From assembly GCA_023143145.1 (NCBI GenBank), contig JAGLID010000066.1, forward strand, positions 1 through 57,961: a stretch of 57,961 bases of DNA. Reading direction: 5' to 3'. The notes below the pieces were generated by a model. It ran no database searches, was not told where the DNA came from, and saw only the letters and a program-made list of their open reading frames with translations. Positions 10,985-20,185 of the stretch are shown in pieces. Numbering within the stretch: the first letter of the stretch is position 1; each line of letters starts with the position of its first letter. The position numbers and the translations under genes are program-made. This DNA comes from Minisyncoccota bacterium (lineage in GTDB: Bacteria; Patescibacteriota; Minisyncoccia; JAHIHE01; JAGLIN01).

Positions 10985-12046
10985 TTATTTCCTTAAATTT
11001 CTAATTTTCTTCAAAACCTGATACACACTATAACCTAATTTATCAAACACTAAATCATACGCACCTACATATCTTTTTTCGTTTCCTCCAAAGCCTTTCT
11101 TGAACTTTGTAATCCCCTGCCATGTTTCTTTTTCTCCGTCAATTGTAATTCCCCAAAAATCATATTTTTTGTACCCAACATTTTTCGCATCTTGAATTTG
11201 TTGCCATTGCAAAAGATACGGCGCCATTAGATTTCTATATTTATTCGATGATGCTCCGTGAAGATAAATTACCAAATCTCCAAAACATAAAACAATATTA
11301 GCTGCAATAGTTTTTCCTTCAAATTCTGCAAGATATAATCTAGCATAAAGATCTTTTTTGTCATCAAATTTATTACAGGAATTCAGGCTATCCAACATCT
11401 TCTGATAATAATCTTTATTATGAGAAACAATTTTATTCCTCTCTGAAGTCTCCTCTGTTAAATCCCAAAAAAAATCAAATTTTTTCTGAAACTCTTCGGG
11501 ATTCGTAATCCCTAATTTACAACTCCTAATCAACACTCCTTTCTTTTCGGCCAATCGAATATTATAACGAGTCTTTGATTTCATTTCTTTCAGCAATTCT
11601 TTATCCGCTTTTTCAAGACTTAAGATTAATGTATCTTTCGGTTGGATTTCAACAAAAGATTTTTTAAAGTTATTAAAATATTTATGATTTGATTCAACTG
11701 GCGGATCAATTCTCAAAAATAAACTTTTTTCTTTCTCAGCAAGTTTTCGAATTTCAGAAAATAATAAATCAGAAATTTCTGATTCCTGGTTTTGCAATTC
11801 TAATTTTAAAACTGGACCACGCGGACAATATAAATAGCTTCTACCGAGTGGCAAATTATGTTTTATTAAAAATGCCACAACCATTAATTCGTCTTTATCC
11901 ACAACTCCAATTCTAAATATCTTTTTACCTGTCTTTTGCTGAAAATCACCCCATTGCCAAGATTGCAAAAAACTCTCTGAACTATTCAAAACTACGAATT
12001 GATTCCAATTTTCTTTTTGATTTTCTTCAATTTCAATTATTTTCAT
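10985..12046 (-). CDS. FemAB-family peptidoglycan interpeptide-bridge aminoacyltransferase
   Basis: FLQSWQWGDFQ N-terminal motif and family-typical blocks KTRYNIRLAEKKG, YLHGASS and FKKGFGG. Confidence 0.8.
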   Translation of the reverse strand: MKIIEIEENQKENWNQFVVLNSSESFLQSWQWGDFQQKTGKKIFRIGVVDKDELMVVAFLIKHNLPLGRSYLYCPRGPVLKLELQNQESEISDLLFSEIRKLAEKEKSLFLRIDPPVESNHKYFNNFKKSFVEIQPKDTLILSLEKADKELLKEMKSKTRYNIRLAEKKGVLIRSCKLGITNPEEFQKKFDFFWDLTEETSERNKIVSHNKDYYQKMLDSLNSCNKFDDKKDLYARLYLAEFEGKTIAANIVLCFGDLVIYLHGASSNKYRNLMAPYLLQWQQIQDAKNVGYKKYDFWGITIDGEKETWQGITKFKKGFGGNEKRYVGAYDLVFDKLGYSVYQVLKKIRNLRK

Positions 12047-12049
12047 ATA

Positions 12050-13096
12050 TTATTTTAATTTCAAATTCGCATCTGCTTGCACACTTTTCCAATCTTTGAT
12101 TCCTTTGTTTTTTTCAACATGATGATAGGCAGCAATGGCAATCATCAAGGCATTATCAGACGTTAACCTTGACACTGGAAAGGAAAAACCGCAAGCTGAT
12201 AAATTTGATTTAATTGCTCCGGCTAATAACTTTTGCAATTTTTTATTTGCCGAAACTCCTCCTCCTAAAACTATATTCTTTACTTTATGTTTTTCTGCCG
12301 CTTTGATAGTTTTTGAAACCAACACATCAAAAGCCGCTCTTTGAAAAGAAGCTGCTACATCTTGTTTGTACTGATTGTCGATTTCTTTTCGTGCTTTTAC
12401 TTCATATAAAACTGCTGTTTTCAATCCAGAAAAAGAAAAATTATAATCCATACTATTCATCATTGGTCGAGGAAATTTGATTTTTTCTTCATCTCCTTCT
12501 TTTGCCATCTTCTCAATCACAGGACCACCTGGATAACCAAGCTCTAAAAGTTTGGCAACTTTGTCGAAAGCTTCCCCTACTGCATCGTCCAAAGTTTCTC
12601 CAAGAACTTTATAATTCAAATCTTTTTTCATAAGAATAATTTGTGTATGCCCACCCGAAACAGTCAAACAAATAATCGGAAATTCTGCTTCCCACAACTT
12701 ATTATTTTCTGCATTTAACTTTTTAAGCCAATTTGCATATATATGACCTTCAATGTGATGAATCCCAATTAACGGTTTTTCAAGACCATAAGCAAGAGCT
12801 TTAGCCGCTCCAACGCCAACCATCAACGCCGGAATCAATCCAGGACCATTCGTCACAGCAACGAAATCAATTTTTTTCTTGTTTATTTTTGCATTTTGAA
12901 AAGCCTTTTTCAAAATTGGAGTGATATTTTTCAAATGCATTCTCGAAGCCAAGGATGGAACAACTCCACCGAAGTTACTGTGCATTTTTACTTGTGAGGA
13001 AACTATATTTGCCAAAACCTTAGCGCTTCCCTTTTTGAATTCAACGATAGCAACCGCTGTTTCATCACAGGAAGTTTCAATCGACAAAATAATCAT
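12050..13096 (-). CDS. tsaD: tRNA N6-adenosine threonylcarbamoyltransferase
   Basis: MIILSIETSCDETAVAIVE, GIHHIEGHIY, VSGGHTQ and GGVSANKKL are canonical Kae1/TsaD motifs. Confidence 0.93.
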   Translation of the reverse strand: MIILSIETSCDETAVAIVEFKKGSAKVLANIVSSQVKMHSNFGGVVPSLASRMHLKNITPILKKAFQNAKINKKKIDFVAVTNGPGLIPALMVGVGAAKALAYGLEKPLIGIHHIEGHIYANWLKKLNAENNKLWEAEFPIICLTVSGGHTQIILMKKDLNYKVLGETLDDAVGEAFDKVAKLLELGYPGGPVIEKMAKEGDEEKIKFPRPMMNSMDYNFSFSGLKTAVLYEVKARKEIDNQYKQDVAASFQRAAFDVLVSKTIKAAEKHKVKNIVLGGGVSANKKLQKLLAGAIKSNLSACGFSFPVSRLTSDNALMIAIAAYHHVEKNKGIKDWKSVQADANLKLK

Positions 13097-13274
13097 AAAA
13101 CTATTTTAAACATATTAATTTACTAATATTCTAGCATATATCACAATAATCGCATAAATATTTCTGCTTTAATCCATGCAGACCTTGCTACTCTTCAACT
13201 CTTTACAAATTTCAAACTTTCTGCTACTATATCACAGTAATCATTTTGACACATGCAAATAGTCAGACAGTCAT

Positions 13275-13346
13275 GGCCTCATCGTCTAACGGTTAGGACG
13301 CCAGGTTTTCATCCTGGCAATAGGGGTTCGATTCCCCTTGAGGCTA
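13275..13346 (+). tRNA. tRNA-Glu (anticodon UUC)
   Basis: ggcctca tc gtct aacggtt aggac g ccagg ttTTCat cctgg caat agggg ttcgatt cccct tgaggct a folds as a cloverleaf with a GTTCGATT T-loop. It aligns arm for arm with E. coli tRNA-Glu. CCA is not encoded. Confidence 0.9.
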
Positions 13347-13351
13347 CAAAC

Positions 13352-13378
13352 AAAAAAACAGGCATAACCTGTTTTTTT
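13352..13378. terminator. Bidirectional intrinsic-terminator-like hairpin
   Basis: aaaaaaacagg-cataa-cctgttttttt has an A-run and a T-run flanking a short stem. It sits between the tRNA-Glu (+) and the convergent gene at 13396 (-). Confidence 0.5.
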
Positions 13379-13395
13379 ATTATATAGAAAGTTGC

Positions 13396-14736
13396 TTATA
13401 GGTATGATCCGATTTTATATCTTATTCTTGTTGAAATTGTAATGACTTTATTCCAATTATATCCTTCTCTTAAAAATGCTTCTGCGGAAGAAAATGGTCT
13501 AATTTTTCCGGCTTCAATTAAATAAACTGCACCAGAATTAGAATATTTTACCAAAGTGCCGTCAAGATATTTTTTGGTTGTCGTGATGCTCTTGCCCTCT
13601 TTATATTCCCGAAGTATTGCATCGTCAACTTGCATAATCCAATCCCATTTATAACCAAACCCAGAAAAAATTTCGGCAGTTTTAATCCACAGTTTTTCAT
13701 TACCACTTATAACATAAACTTTATAATCAGACCCCTTCACTAAGGTTCCTGATTTCAATTTACTTGATAGCGGAGCTGTGGTAAAACTCATTCCTCGTGA
13801 ATTTAACTTCTTTCTATGTAAGTTGCTAGATGTAATTATTCTATAATAATAAGTCGTATTCGGTTCCAAGTCGCTTAATATTATCTGATGATTTATGGAA
13901 TTAAATGTTGAAACAACTGATTTCTTTTTATACTTTCCCGGGACAACATCATATTGAATATAAACCTTTGTAGCTAAATTAGTTTTAAACTCGATTATCG
14001 CTCTTCTCGTGAAAAGATTATCATTATCAAAGCTTAATGGTTTAATATTTTGAATTTTAAGACTAAGATCTTTATCATTATAATTGTGAGTATTAATCGT
14101 AAAATATTTTGAAGACATATTTCCCGACTTATCCTTAGCATCAATTCGAAAATAATATCTTTCGCTAGCCTTAAGTCTTCGAACAGATGCTTCGTGATTC
14201 ACATAAAAATTTCTGACAATTATTTTTTTAGCTTTACTCGCCCCCTGAGCTTCAGTCCAATACGAAATAACTGCATTTGTCATTTCGTTTGTTTTCCAAA
14301 AGAAAACCGTGGCGTTACTCGTTGTTTGCACAACTTTTTGCTCTAAAAATATAGGTTTTACTAATTCTGTTCGTTCCATATTTTTTGTCGAAAAACTTTG
14401 TACAAAAGCTTCTTTCTGAATTTGAGCTTGATCAATCGCAACAATTTTAAAATAATAGGTTTTCTTTTTTGCTAAACCTGTTAAAACAACTTCATGAGTA
14501 AGACCATATATACTATAACCAGTTTGTCTGTTTAAATCCTCAATACTGTCGCTGAAATACACAACGCCTTTGGTCTTGCTATCAGTAACCCATCTGATAG
14601 TCGCCTTTCCATCTTCAATATTCAAAACTTCAATACTTTTAAAATGTATCTCACTGTCAGCAATTGCTTGCGTAGCAAAAAATGTAGATATCAAAATCAT
14701 CAAAACAAAAACTATGTTATTTCTCCAGCTTTTCAT
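13396..14736 (-). CDS. Secreted protein with three Fn3-like repeats and a duplicated C-terminal module
   Basis: Signal peptide IVFVLMILISTFFATQAIA. Repeated motifs KATIRWVTD..., TVFFWKTNE... and RAIIEFKTN..., each followed by YYF/YYYRI. C-terminal duplicate GTLVK..VY.I..GK......F...GY.W. Confidence 0.55.
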   Translation of the reverse strand: MKSWRNNIVFVLMILISTFFATQAIADSEIHFKSIEVLNIEDGKATIRWVTDSKTKGVVYFSDSIEDLNRQTGYSIYGLTHEVVLTGLAKKKTYYFKIVAIDQAQIQKEAFVQSFSTKNMERTELVKPIFLEQKVVQTTSNATVFFWKTNEMTNAVISYWTEAQGASKAKKIIVRNFYVNHEASVRRLKASERYYFRIDAKDKSGNMSSKYFTINTHNYNDKDLSLKIQNIKPLSFDNDNLFTRRAIIEFKTNLATKVYIQYDVVPGKYKKKSVVSTFNSINHQIILSDLEPNTTYYYRIITSSNLHRKKLNSRGMSFTTAPLSSKLKSGTLVKGSDYKVYVISGNEKLWIKTAEIFSGFGYKWDWIMQVDDAILREYKEGKSITTTKKYLDGTLVKYSNSGAVYLIEAGKIRPFSSAEAFLREGYNWNKVITISTRIRYKIGSYL

Positions 14737-14873
14737 AGATATAATTTAGTATTTATAACTTTGCATTATTACATATTTTTTATAGATTGTCAAGGCTAGT
14801 ATAATAATCTAAGACAACAATTATAAAAATTAGTCAATATATATTATAATGTTATTAAATATAAATAAAACTT

Positions 14874-15522
14874 ATGATTAAAAAATATTCTTTTTTTCAC
14901 AATAACTTCCTTTGTTGTCATCACTTTGCTAATTACTTTTTTAGTAATGAACAAAGACGCTACTGAACACAGTTCAATAGAAATTCATGGAAATATTGAG
15001 ATTGAAGTTTTAGCTGAACAATACAGCAAAGACACTAAAAAATATAAAATGTTCACAGAATATTTGAATAACAATACAAATAATAATTGACATTTAATTC
15101 CAATCAAGGATTATGGTTCATTTATTAATTATCTTAAATCTGTTTATGCAAAAATTGGTTTTATGGGAAGTGCTATTGGATATAAACTAATCAAAGAGGA
15201 TGTCGCCATTCCAGTTATAAAAGAACAAATTAACGGAAACTCAACCTATGGTGCGGTCATAATCGTCAGAAAAGATAGCGCTATAAATGACATCTCAGAA
15301 CTTGCAAACAAAATATTTGCCTTTGTCGATCTTTATACTTCTGATTGGTTCATTGAATTTCGCATAACACCTTTAAGCATCAAAAAAAATCCGCTTTTTT
15401 ATATAGCGGTTATTTTTATACCTACTATTACAATAACAGTGGGAAGTTTCCTACAAAAGTTTTCTTTCCAATATTTGTCAAAAAACATTCTCTGCAAAAC
15501 CGACAATTCCATCCGCTATTAA
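14874..15522 (+). pseudogene. Decayed PhnD-like (phosphonate/phosphate ABC) substrate-binding protein gene
   Basis: The frame reading KNILFFTITSFVVITLLITFLV...YKMFTEYLNNNTNNN[TGA]HLIPIKDYGSFINYLKSVYAKIGFMGSAIGYKLIKEDVAIPVIKEQINGNSTYGAVIIVRKDSAINDISELANKIFAFVDLYTS has the PhnD pattern. The ATG at 14874 is one nt out of frame across an A-run. An in-frame TGA lies at ~15088. Homology is lost after ~15345, where a hairpin (ccgc-ttttttatata-gcgg) follows. Confidence 0.5.
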
Positions 15523-15791
15523 AATATTTAATATGTTCTTGATAGTAATTTTATAAGTATTTAATGCATGAGCTATTTTTTTGCAGTAAGCCTATCATAT
15601 TTTAGCAATTCAAGCGTTAGCTTTTTTGTCTTTTCTGGTTTACCAAGCCTTTGTATCATTTTTTAAAACACTCGAACTCCCCTACTTTTTCAACTTTTAT
15701 TTTTATTTCAATGTATATACAGTTTAATAGAAATTATAAGACTTGTTAAGTTATCTAATTTATCAAGATATTTATAAAATCTCCAGTTAAA

Positions 15792-16457
15792 TTAACTGTA
15801 AATATCGGATAAATCAAAACTCTCGCAAAATTCAGACTTATTTTTTGATTCTTTCATATCAGAAAATTGAAACTGATCCATTTTCATTGTAGTCAATTCT
15901 TCCTCAATATTCTCCCACGGAAATATTTCATATTTTTTATAATCAAAACCAAGTTTTTTACATTCCTCTTCACTACATTCTTCGCAAGAATTTTGTAATC
16001 TGCCATAAAAAGAAGCCTTGGCATCTTTGACAACATCTTGATAATGATAATCCATATTTGAAGCCGCATAAATAATTTCACAATCTGGAAATTGCTTTTT
16101 CAAACCTTTAGCAGCATATGAAGCCGAGATTCCAAAGCAATGATTCCCCTCTACTAATAAAAACGTCATTTTAGCATCTTTTTCAAAAAGATCTTCATTA
16201 ACTTTTTGCATTTGTCGTAATTCAGCTAGGCCATTCTCAAAAAAATATTTATACTGCACCGGCACAATTTTCAATATATTTAACCTATATGCCAAATAAG
16301 TCCCAGGAATATTTCCACCTCTTAAAAGTGGCACCACTACATCAACTTTGACATTATTTTCATTCAAATACTTTTCAACCTTATCCCCCAAAATATTCAA
16401 TTCTATCACAAAATATTCATCCCACGTCATTTTTATGATTTGTTCTTTTTTTACCAT
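15792..16457 (-). CDS. Phosphoribosyltransferase-like (Gpt/XGPRT-type fold) protein with degenerate PRPP loop
   Basis: MTWDEY...VDVVVPLLRGGNIPGTYLAYRL and the terminal FPWE resemble XGPRT-type PRTases. The PRPP loop reads FLLVEGNHCFGIS instead of the acidic-DxTGxT type. There is an acidic, Cys-containing C-terminal tail. Confidence 0.55.
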   Translation of the reverse strand: MVKKEQIIKMTWDEYFVIELNILGDKVEKYLNENNVKVDVVVPLLRGGNIPGTYLAYRLNILKIVPVQYKYFFENGLAELRQMQKVNEDLFEKDAKMTFLLVEGNHCFGISASYAAKGLKKQFPDCEIIYAASNMDYHYQDVVKDAKASFYGRLQNSCEECSEEECKKLGFDYKKYEIFPWENIEEELTTMKMDQFQFSDMKESKNKSEFCESFDLSDIYS

Positions 16458-16466
16458 ATATATTTT

Positions 16467-17354
16467 TTATGATTTAAACATTCCATTAAATTTGTTTTCA
16501 CTCATATTTTCTAAAAGAGGATTATACATCATTATCGCATGATTTTCAGTGACAAGCTCTTCTCTTTCTTCGTTATTTTTTATATTGATTATTTTACGAA
16601 AAATTTTATTATTCCTTATGTATCCATCTCTATAATCACTCTCAATTTTGTGATCTTTTTCATATATTTCATATCTAAATTCAACTGATTTATTTGAAAA
16701 CCATTTTCCAATTAAATAAGTATCAGTTACTTTGAGTTTTAATTGAAATTTTTGGTCTGTATTATTTTTAATTTGTAAATCGATATTTGGATATGCACAA
16801 GTTGCCCCGCTTCCAAATGGCAAATCTCTTTTGACGTCAGGGAAAACATCATAGCCATGTCGCCAACGCTCTATTACAGTTAAGGGAGTATTAAGTGTAA
16901 TCCAGTAAAGTAAATTTGATAACTGACATAAACCACCTCCAATTCCATTAATAACTTTTCCATTATTCAATATCATCCCACTAAGATACCCTTTCTTTGC
17001 TGTTGGCCTTCCAATTTGACGCCAATAAGAAAATGTTTGACCTGGCTCAATAATAAGTCCGTTTATTTTACGAATAGCAATTTCAAGATTAGTAATCTTA
17101 TTATATTGTATCCACATATCAACGTCTTTCAATTTTCTGAGAAGTATTGATTTGTAAGCAAAAATTTCAAAAGGAGAACATATATTCTTAATTTTTTTTG
17201 CAAAGTCAGTTCTCGAAAAATACCAATAATAATATTTTTTTACAATGTAATATTTTTTACCTAACCATAGTCTTAACTTTGACCTCTTGATTTGTTTTTT
17301 CATATTTACAATTTTTGAATTAATCCAACAAATCAGCACTACCATATTTTGCAT
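16467..17354 (-). CDS. VanW family protein (more likely start MKKQIKR at ~17303)
   Basis: GGGLCQLSNLLYW is the VanW-domain signature. There is a basic N-terminus. The gene lies directly downstream of the VanX-like gene. Confidence 0.8.
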   Translation of the reverse strand: MQNMVVLICWINSKIVNMKKQIKRSKLRLWLGKKYYIVKKYYYWYFSRTDFAKKIKNICSPFEIFAYKSILLRKLKDVDMWIQYNKITNLEIAIRKINGLIIEPGQTFSYWRQIGRPTAKKGYLSGMILNNGKVINGIGGGLCQLSNLLYWITLNTPLTVIERWRHGYDVFPDVKRDLPFGSGATCAYPNIDLQIKNNTDQKFQLKLKVTDTYLIGKWFSNKSVEFRYEIYEKDHKIESDYRDGYIRNNKIFRKIINIKNNEEREELVTENHAIMMYNPLLENMSENKFNGMFKS

Positions 17355-18021
17355 ATTTCAAATCACAAGAAAATGCACGAAACTGTGTTCCCATTTCCCA
17401 ATGCCACCATTCATTTTGATAAACCGAAAAACCAGCTCTGCTCATTAATAAATTCAGCGATTTCCTGTTCTCTTTTATTTTTTCTAAATTCTCTGTAGCC
17501 ATCCCTTGATAATTATCAAACTGAAAAAAATATTCCAGCGACGCTTCTTCCCCGAAATGATCAAAAGAAGTTCCCATGTCTAATTCTTTCCCTTTTTCAT
17601 CCACAATAGTTAAATCAACTGCCCCTCCCGTATTATGTCGTGGCGGAGCTTCTTTCGTAAGTTTTGGCAAAACAACAAACTCTTGTACTGCCTTTTCTAG
17701 TTCCTCACCTCTTAATTCTGGATGTTTTATTTTCAACTTATTTTTATAATCATCATAAATTTTTTTCTGAGTTTGAATCGAACGAAACGCATCAAATATT
17801 TTGAATTTACATCCAACTGGTAAAAATTTCTGAGTTTCTTCCAATTTTTTTGCGACACCTTCTCTTAAATACATCTTTTCTTCACCCCAGCCATTTTCTA
17901 TAAAATACACTGGTTCTAAAACAAAATCATAATCACTCAAATTAACCAAAGGCTCGCGACACTCAATAATTCTGATATCCAAATAATTTAGTTTAATTTT
18001 TTTTAACTTTTTATTTTCCAT
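17320..18021 (-). CDS. D-alanyl-D-alanine dipeptidase (VanX/DdpX-like, peptidase M15D)
   Basis: IFDAFRSIQTQ, PRHNTGGAVDLTI (Zn ligands H..D) and NEWWHWE are VanX-family motifs. Confidence 0.8.
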   Translation of the reverse strand: MENKKLKKIKLNYLDIRIIECREPLVNLSDYDFVLEPVYFIENGWGEEKMYLREGVAKKLEETQKFLPVGCKFKIFDAFRSIQTQKKIYDDYKNKLKIKHPELRGEELEKAVQEFVVLPKLTKEAPPRHNTGGAVDLTIVDEKGKELDMGTSFDHFGEEASLEYFFQFDNYQGMATENLEKIKENRKSLNLLMSRAGFSVYQNEWWHWEMGTQFRAFSCDLKYAKYGSADLLD

Positions 18022-18031
18022 AATTAAAGAC

Positions 18032-18664
18032 TTAACGGTTAGTAATTTCTAATAATTTCACATCTTTTTCAAATTGAACTACATCTGTAAACAATATAGC
18101 ATTAATTCCAAATTTGATTGCAACATCAATATTATTTTGTCTATCATCAAAAAAGACAATTTCTTCAGGTTTAACATCTTTAATTTCTTTTTCCATTTTA
18201 TCCATCACATAATTCCAAAATTCATCATGACGCTTTCTGTATCCTATATAACACGAAATGAAATAACCATCAAAACTATTCTTAAAATTCATTTCGTTTA
18301 AAAGAAATTCAGCCCTAATTTTTATTTGATCCGTGCATAAATAACATTTTATTCCCTGATCACGAAATTTCTTAATTTGTGAAATTAAATTTTGATCCAA
18401 ATACTTTTTCTCAAATTGAAATTGTTTTTTGAAATAATCCTTTCCCGTTCCTTTCCAATCAATCCTTTCCAAATATGGCACAATCTTCTCTTTTGAATTC
18501 GCTTTTCCTTCAAGACATTCCCAATTGTCACTCCCCTCGAAAAAAGAAGTTAGAATTTCTTGTGCATTTTCATATCCTTTCCTTTCTAACTCCCCACTAA
18601 AATAATTCGAAAGTCGTATCAGAACTCCGTCTATATCGAACAAAATAACTTTGACTTTTTTCAT
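18032..18664 (-). CDS. HAD-superfamily hydrolase
   Basis: Motif I VILFDIDGVLI. A distal FFDDRQNNID motif is also present. Confidence 0.75.
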   Translation of the reverse strand: MKKVKVILFDIDGVLIRLSNYFSGELERKGYENAQEILTSFFEGSDNWECLEGKANSKEKIVPYLERIDWKGTGKDYFKKQFQFEKKYLDQNLISQIKKFRDQGIKCYLCTDQIKIRAEFLLNEMNFKNSFDGYFISCYIGYRKRHDEFWNYVMDKMEKEIKDVKPEEIVFFDDRQNNIDVAIKFGINAILFTDVVQFEKDVKLLEITNR

Positions 18665-18736
18665 GTGATATTTTTAATTCTTCATTAATTCAGTGTCTCT
18701 GGACTAAGCCTCTTATCTCGATTTATTCCACATCAT

Positions 18737-19558
18737 CTATCTATGCGCGAATATAACTGTTTCGGAAATTTGATCAAAATCATCAAACCATTTCTGAATT
18801 TCTGCTGAGCAATTTCCACTTTCTAGCTTAGCATAAAATTCATCTTGTTTTTCAAAATTCCATATTTTTTCCTCGCCACAATTTTCTTCATTAATCACAA
18901 AATAATCTGGCATTGTTTCTTTTAATTCATTTATAGACGCGTATAAAGTGATAATAATTTGCTGGTTATTAAAATAAAAAAGCAGTTTTCTCTCCAATGT
19001 TACATCGCAAACTTCAAAACGCGACAACACCATAAAATCTTGAGCGTAAAGAAAACCAACGGATTTAACATTTTTGGACGGAACAAAAACAAAATTAGAT
19101 TCCAAACCGAATTCTCCGTTTGTTAATGCTTCAACATTTTTCATTTCATCTTCTTTGCTAAAATCCAATGGAGTTACTTTTTCGCCCATATCTTTTGTCT
19201 CCACTTTTATATAAACTTGCTTCGGATTTTCATTATATTCATTTTCCTCCAACAGAACTATATCTGATGGATATTTCAAAGAAACTCCAACTTCAAAATT
19301 TTCATACAATTGCCAAAGATCCGTTTCGCCTTCTATGGCTTTTGCTCGTCCGCTTTCATTAAATTCTTCCTCGCTCATTTTTTCATTATTTATTTCTTCT
19401 TCGCTTGTTTCGTCTTCTATCGCTACTTTTCCTGTTTCATTTTGCGTCTCACTGTTTTGAAATAATTGATTTTTTCCATCATTATTAAAATTAAGCAAAT
19501 ACTCTCCGACAACCAAAACTACAATGATTAATAAAATTGTGAGAAGTGTTTTTTTCAT
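18737..19558 (-). CDS. Hypothetical membrane-anchored/secreted acidic protein
   Basis: N-terminal TM LLTILLIIVVLVVGEYLL followed by an acidic low-complexity linker. No recognisable domain. It lies in an operon-like array. Confidence 0.5.
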   Translation of the reverse strand: MKKTLLTILLIIVVLVVGEYLLNFNNDGKNQLFQNSETQNETGKVAIEDETSEEEINNEKMSEEEFNESGRAKAIEGETDLWQLYENFEVGVSLKYPSDIVLLEENEYNENPKQVYIKVETKDMGEKVTPLDFSKEDEMKNVEALTNGEFGLESNFVFVPSKNVKSVGFLYAQDFMVLSRFEVCDVTLERKLLFYFNNQQIIITLYASINELKETMPDYFVINEENCGEEKIWNFEKQDEFYAKLESGNCSAEIQKWFDDFDQISETVIFAHR

Positions 19559-19601
19559 AACGATATTTTTAATTTATTACTTTATTAATTTTAAAAACTT
19601 A

Positions 19602-20135
19602 CTATTTAAACTTCAATTCTTTAATAGACTTCAGATCAATTCCGTAATTTTTATAAACCTCTATTGTGTTAATAGAAGTAGATTGAGACTTATTATAACC
19701 AAGTTTTTCAATCATTGCCTCAACCTTTGCAACTGACTTTGCTTCAATTTCCAGATAGGGAGGGATTTGAGGCCAAAAATCAATTTCAATTTCAACATCA
19801 TCTAATATATAACTTATACGTCGATTTTCTTGGTATCCGTTCGCAGTATATCCTAATTTTCCCAAAAATTGATTTGTTTTTTCAAAATCATCAACATTAA
19901 TTTCAAGTTCTTTCGTTCCATCAATATTATTATTGCGAATTTCTTTTATGGCTAAAGTAGTATTTGTTCCATTAGTTCTTAGTCTAATCCAGGAATTTTC
20001 TTTTTGGGGATTAAAATCATAAACAAATCTTTTTTGTAATTTTTCGCCAATTTTTTTGGCGCCACACACACCTAGTTTTGAAATAATTTCCTCAACATCA
20101 ATGTCTAATATTTTAGCTTCAAATTCTGTTTGCAT
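19602..20135 (-). CDS. CYTH-domain protein (CyaB/triphosphate tunnel metalloenzyme family)
   Basis: N-terminal ExExK signature (TEFEAKIL), later EIEIDFW and LEIEAK strands. The 177 aa size is typical of the family. Confidence 0.75.
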   Translation of the reverse strand: MQTEFEAKILDIDVEEIISKLGVCGAKKIGEKLQKRFVYDFNPQKENSWIRLRTNGTNTTLAIKEIRNNNIDGTKELEINVDDFEKTNQFLGKLGYTANGYQENRRISYILDDVEIEIDFWPQIPPYLEIEAKSVAKVEAMIEKLGYNKSQSTSINTIEVYKNYGIDLKSIKELKFK

Positions 20136-20185
20136 AGTTTATGATAATATATTAATTATTATATTTTATAACAAAATTAGTCAAG

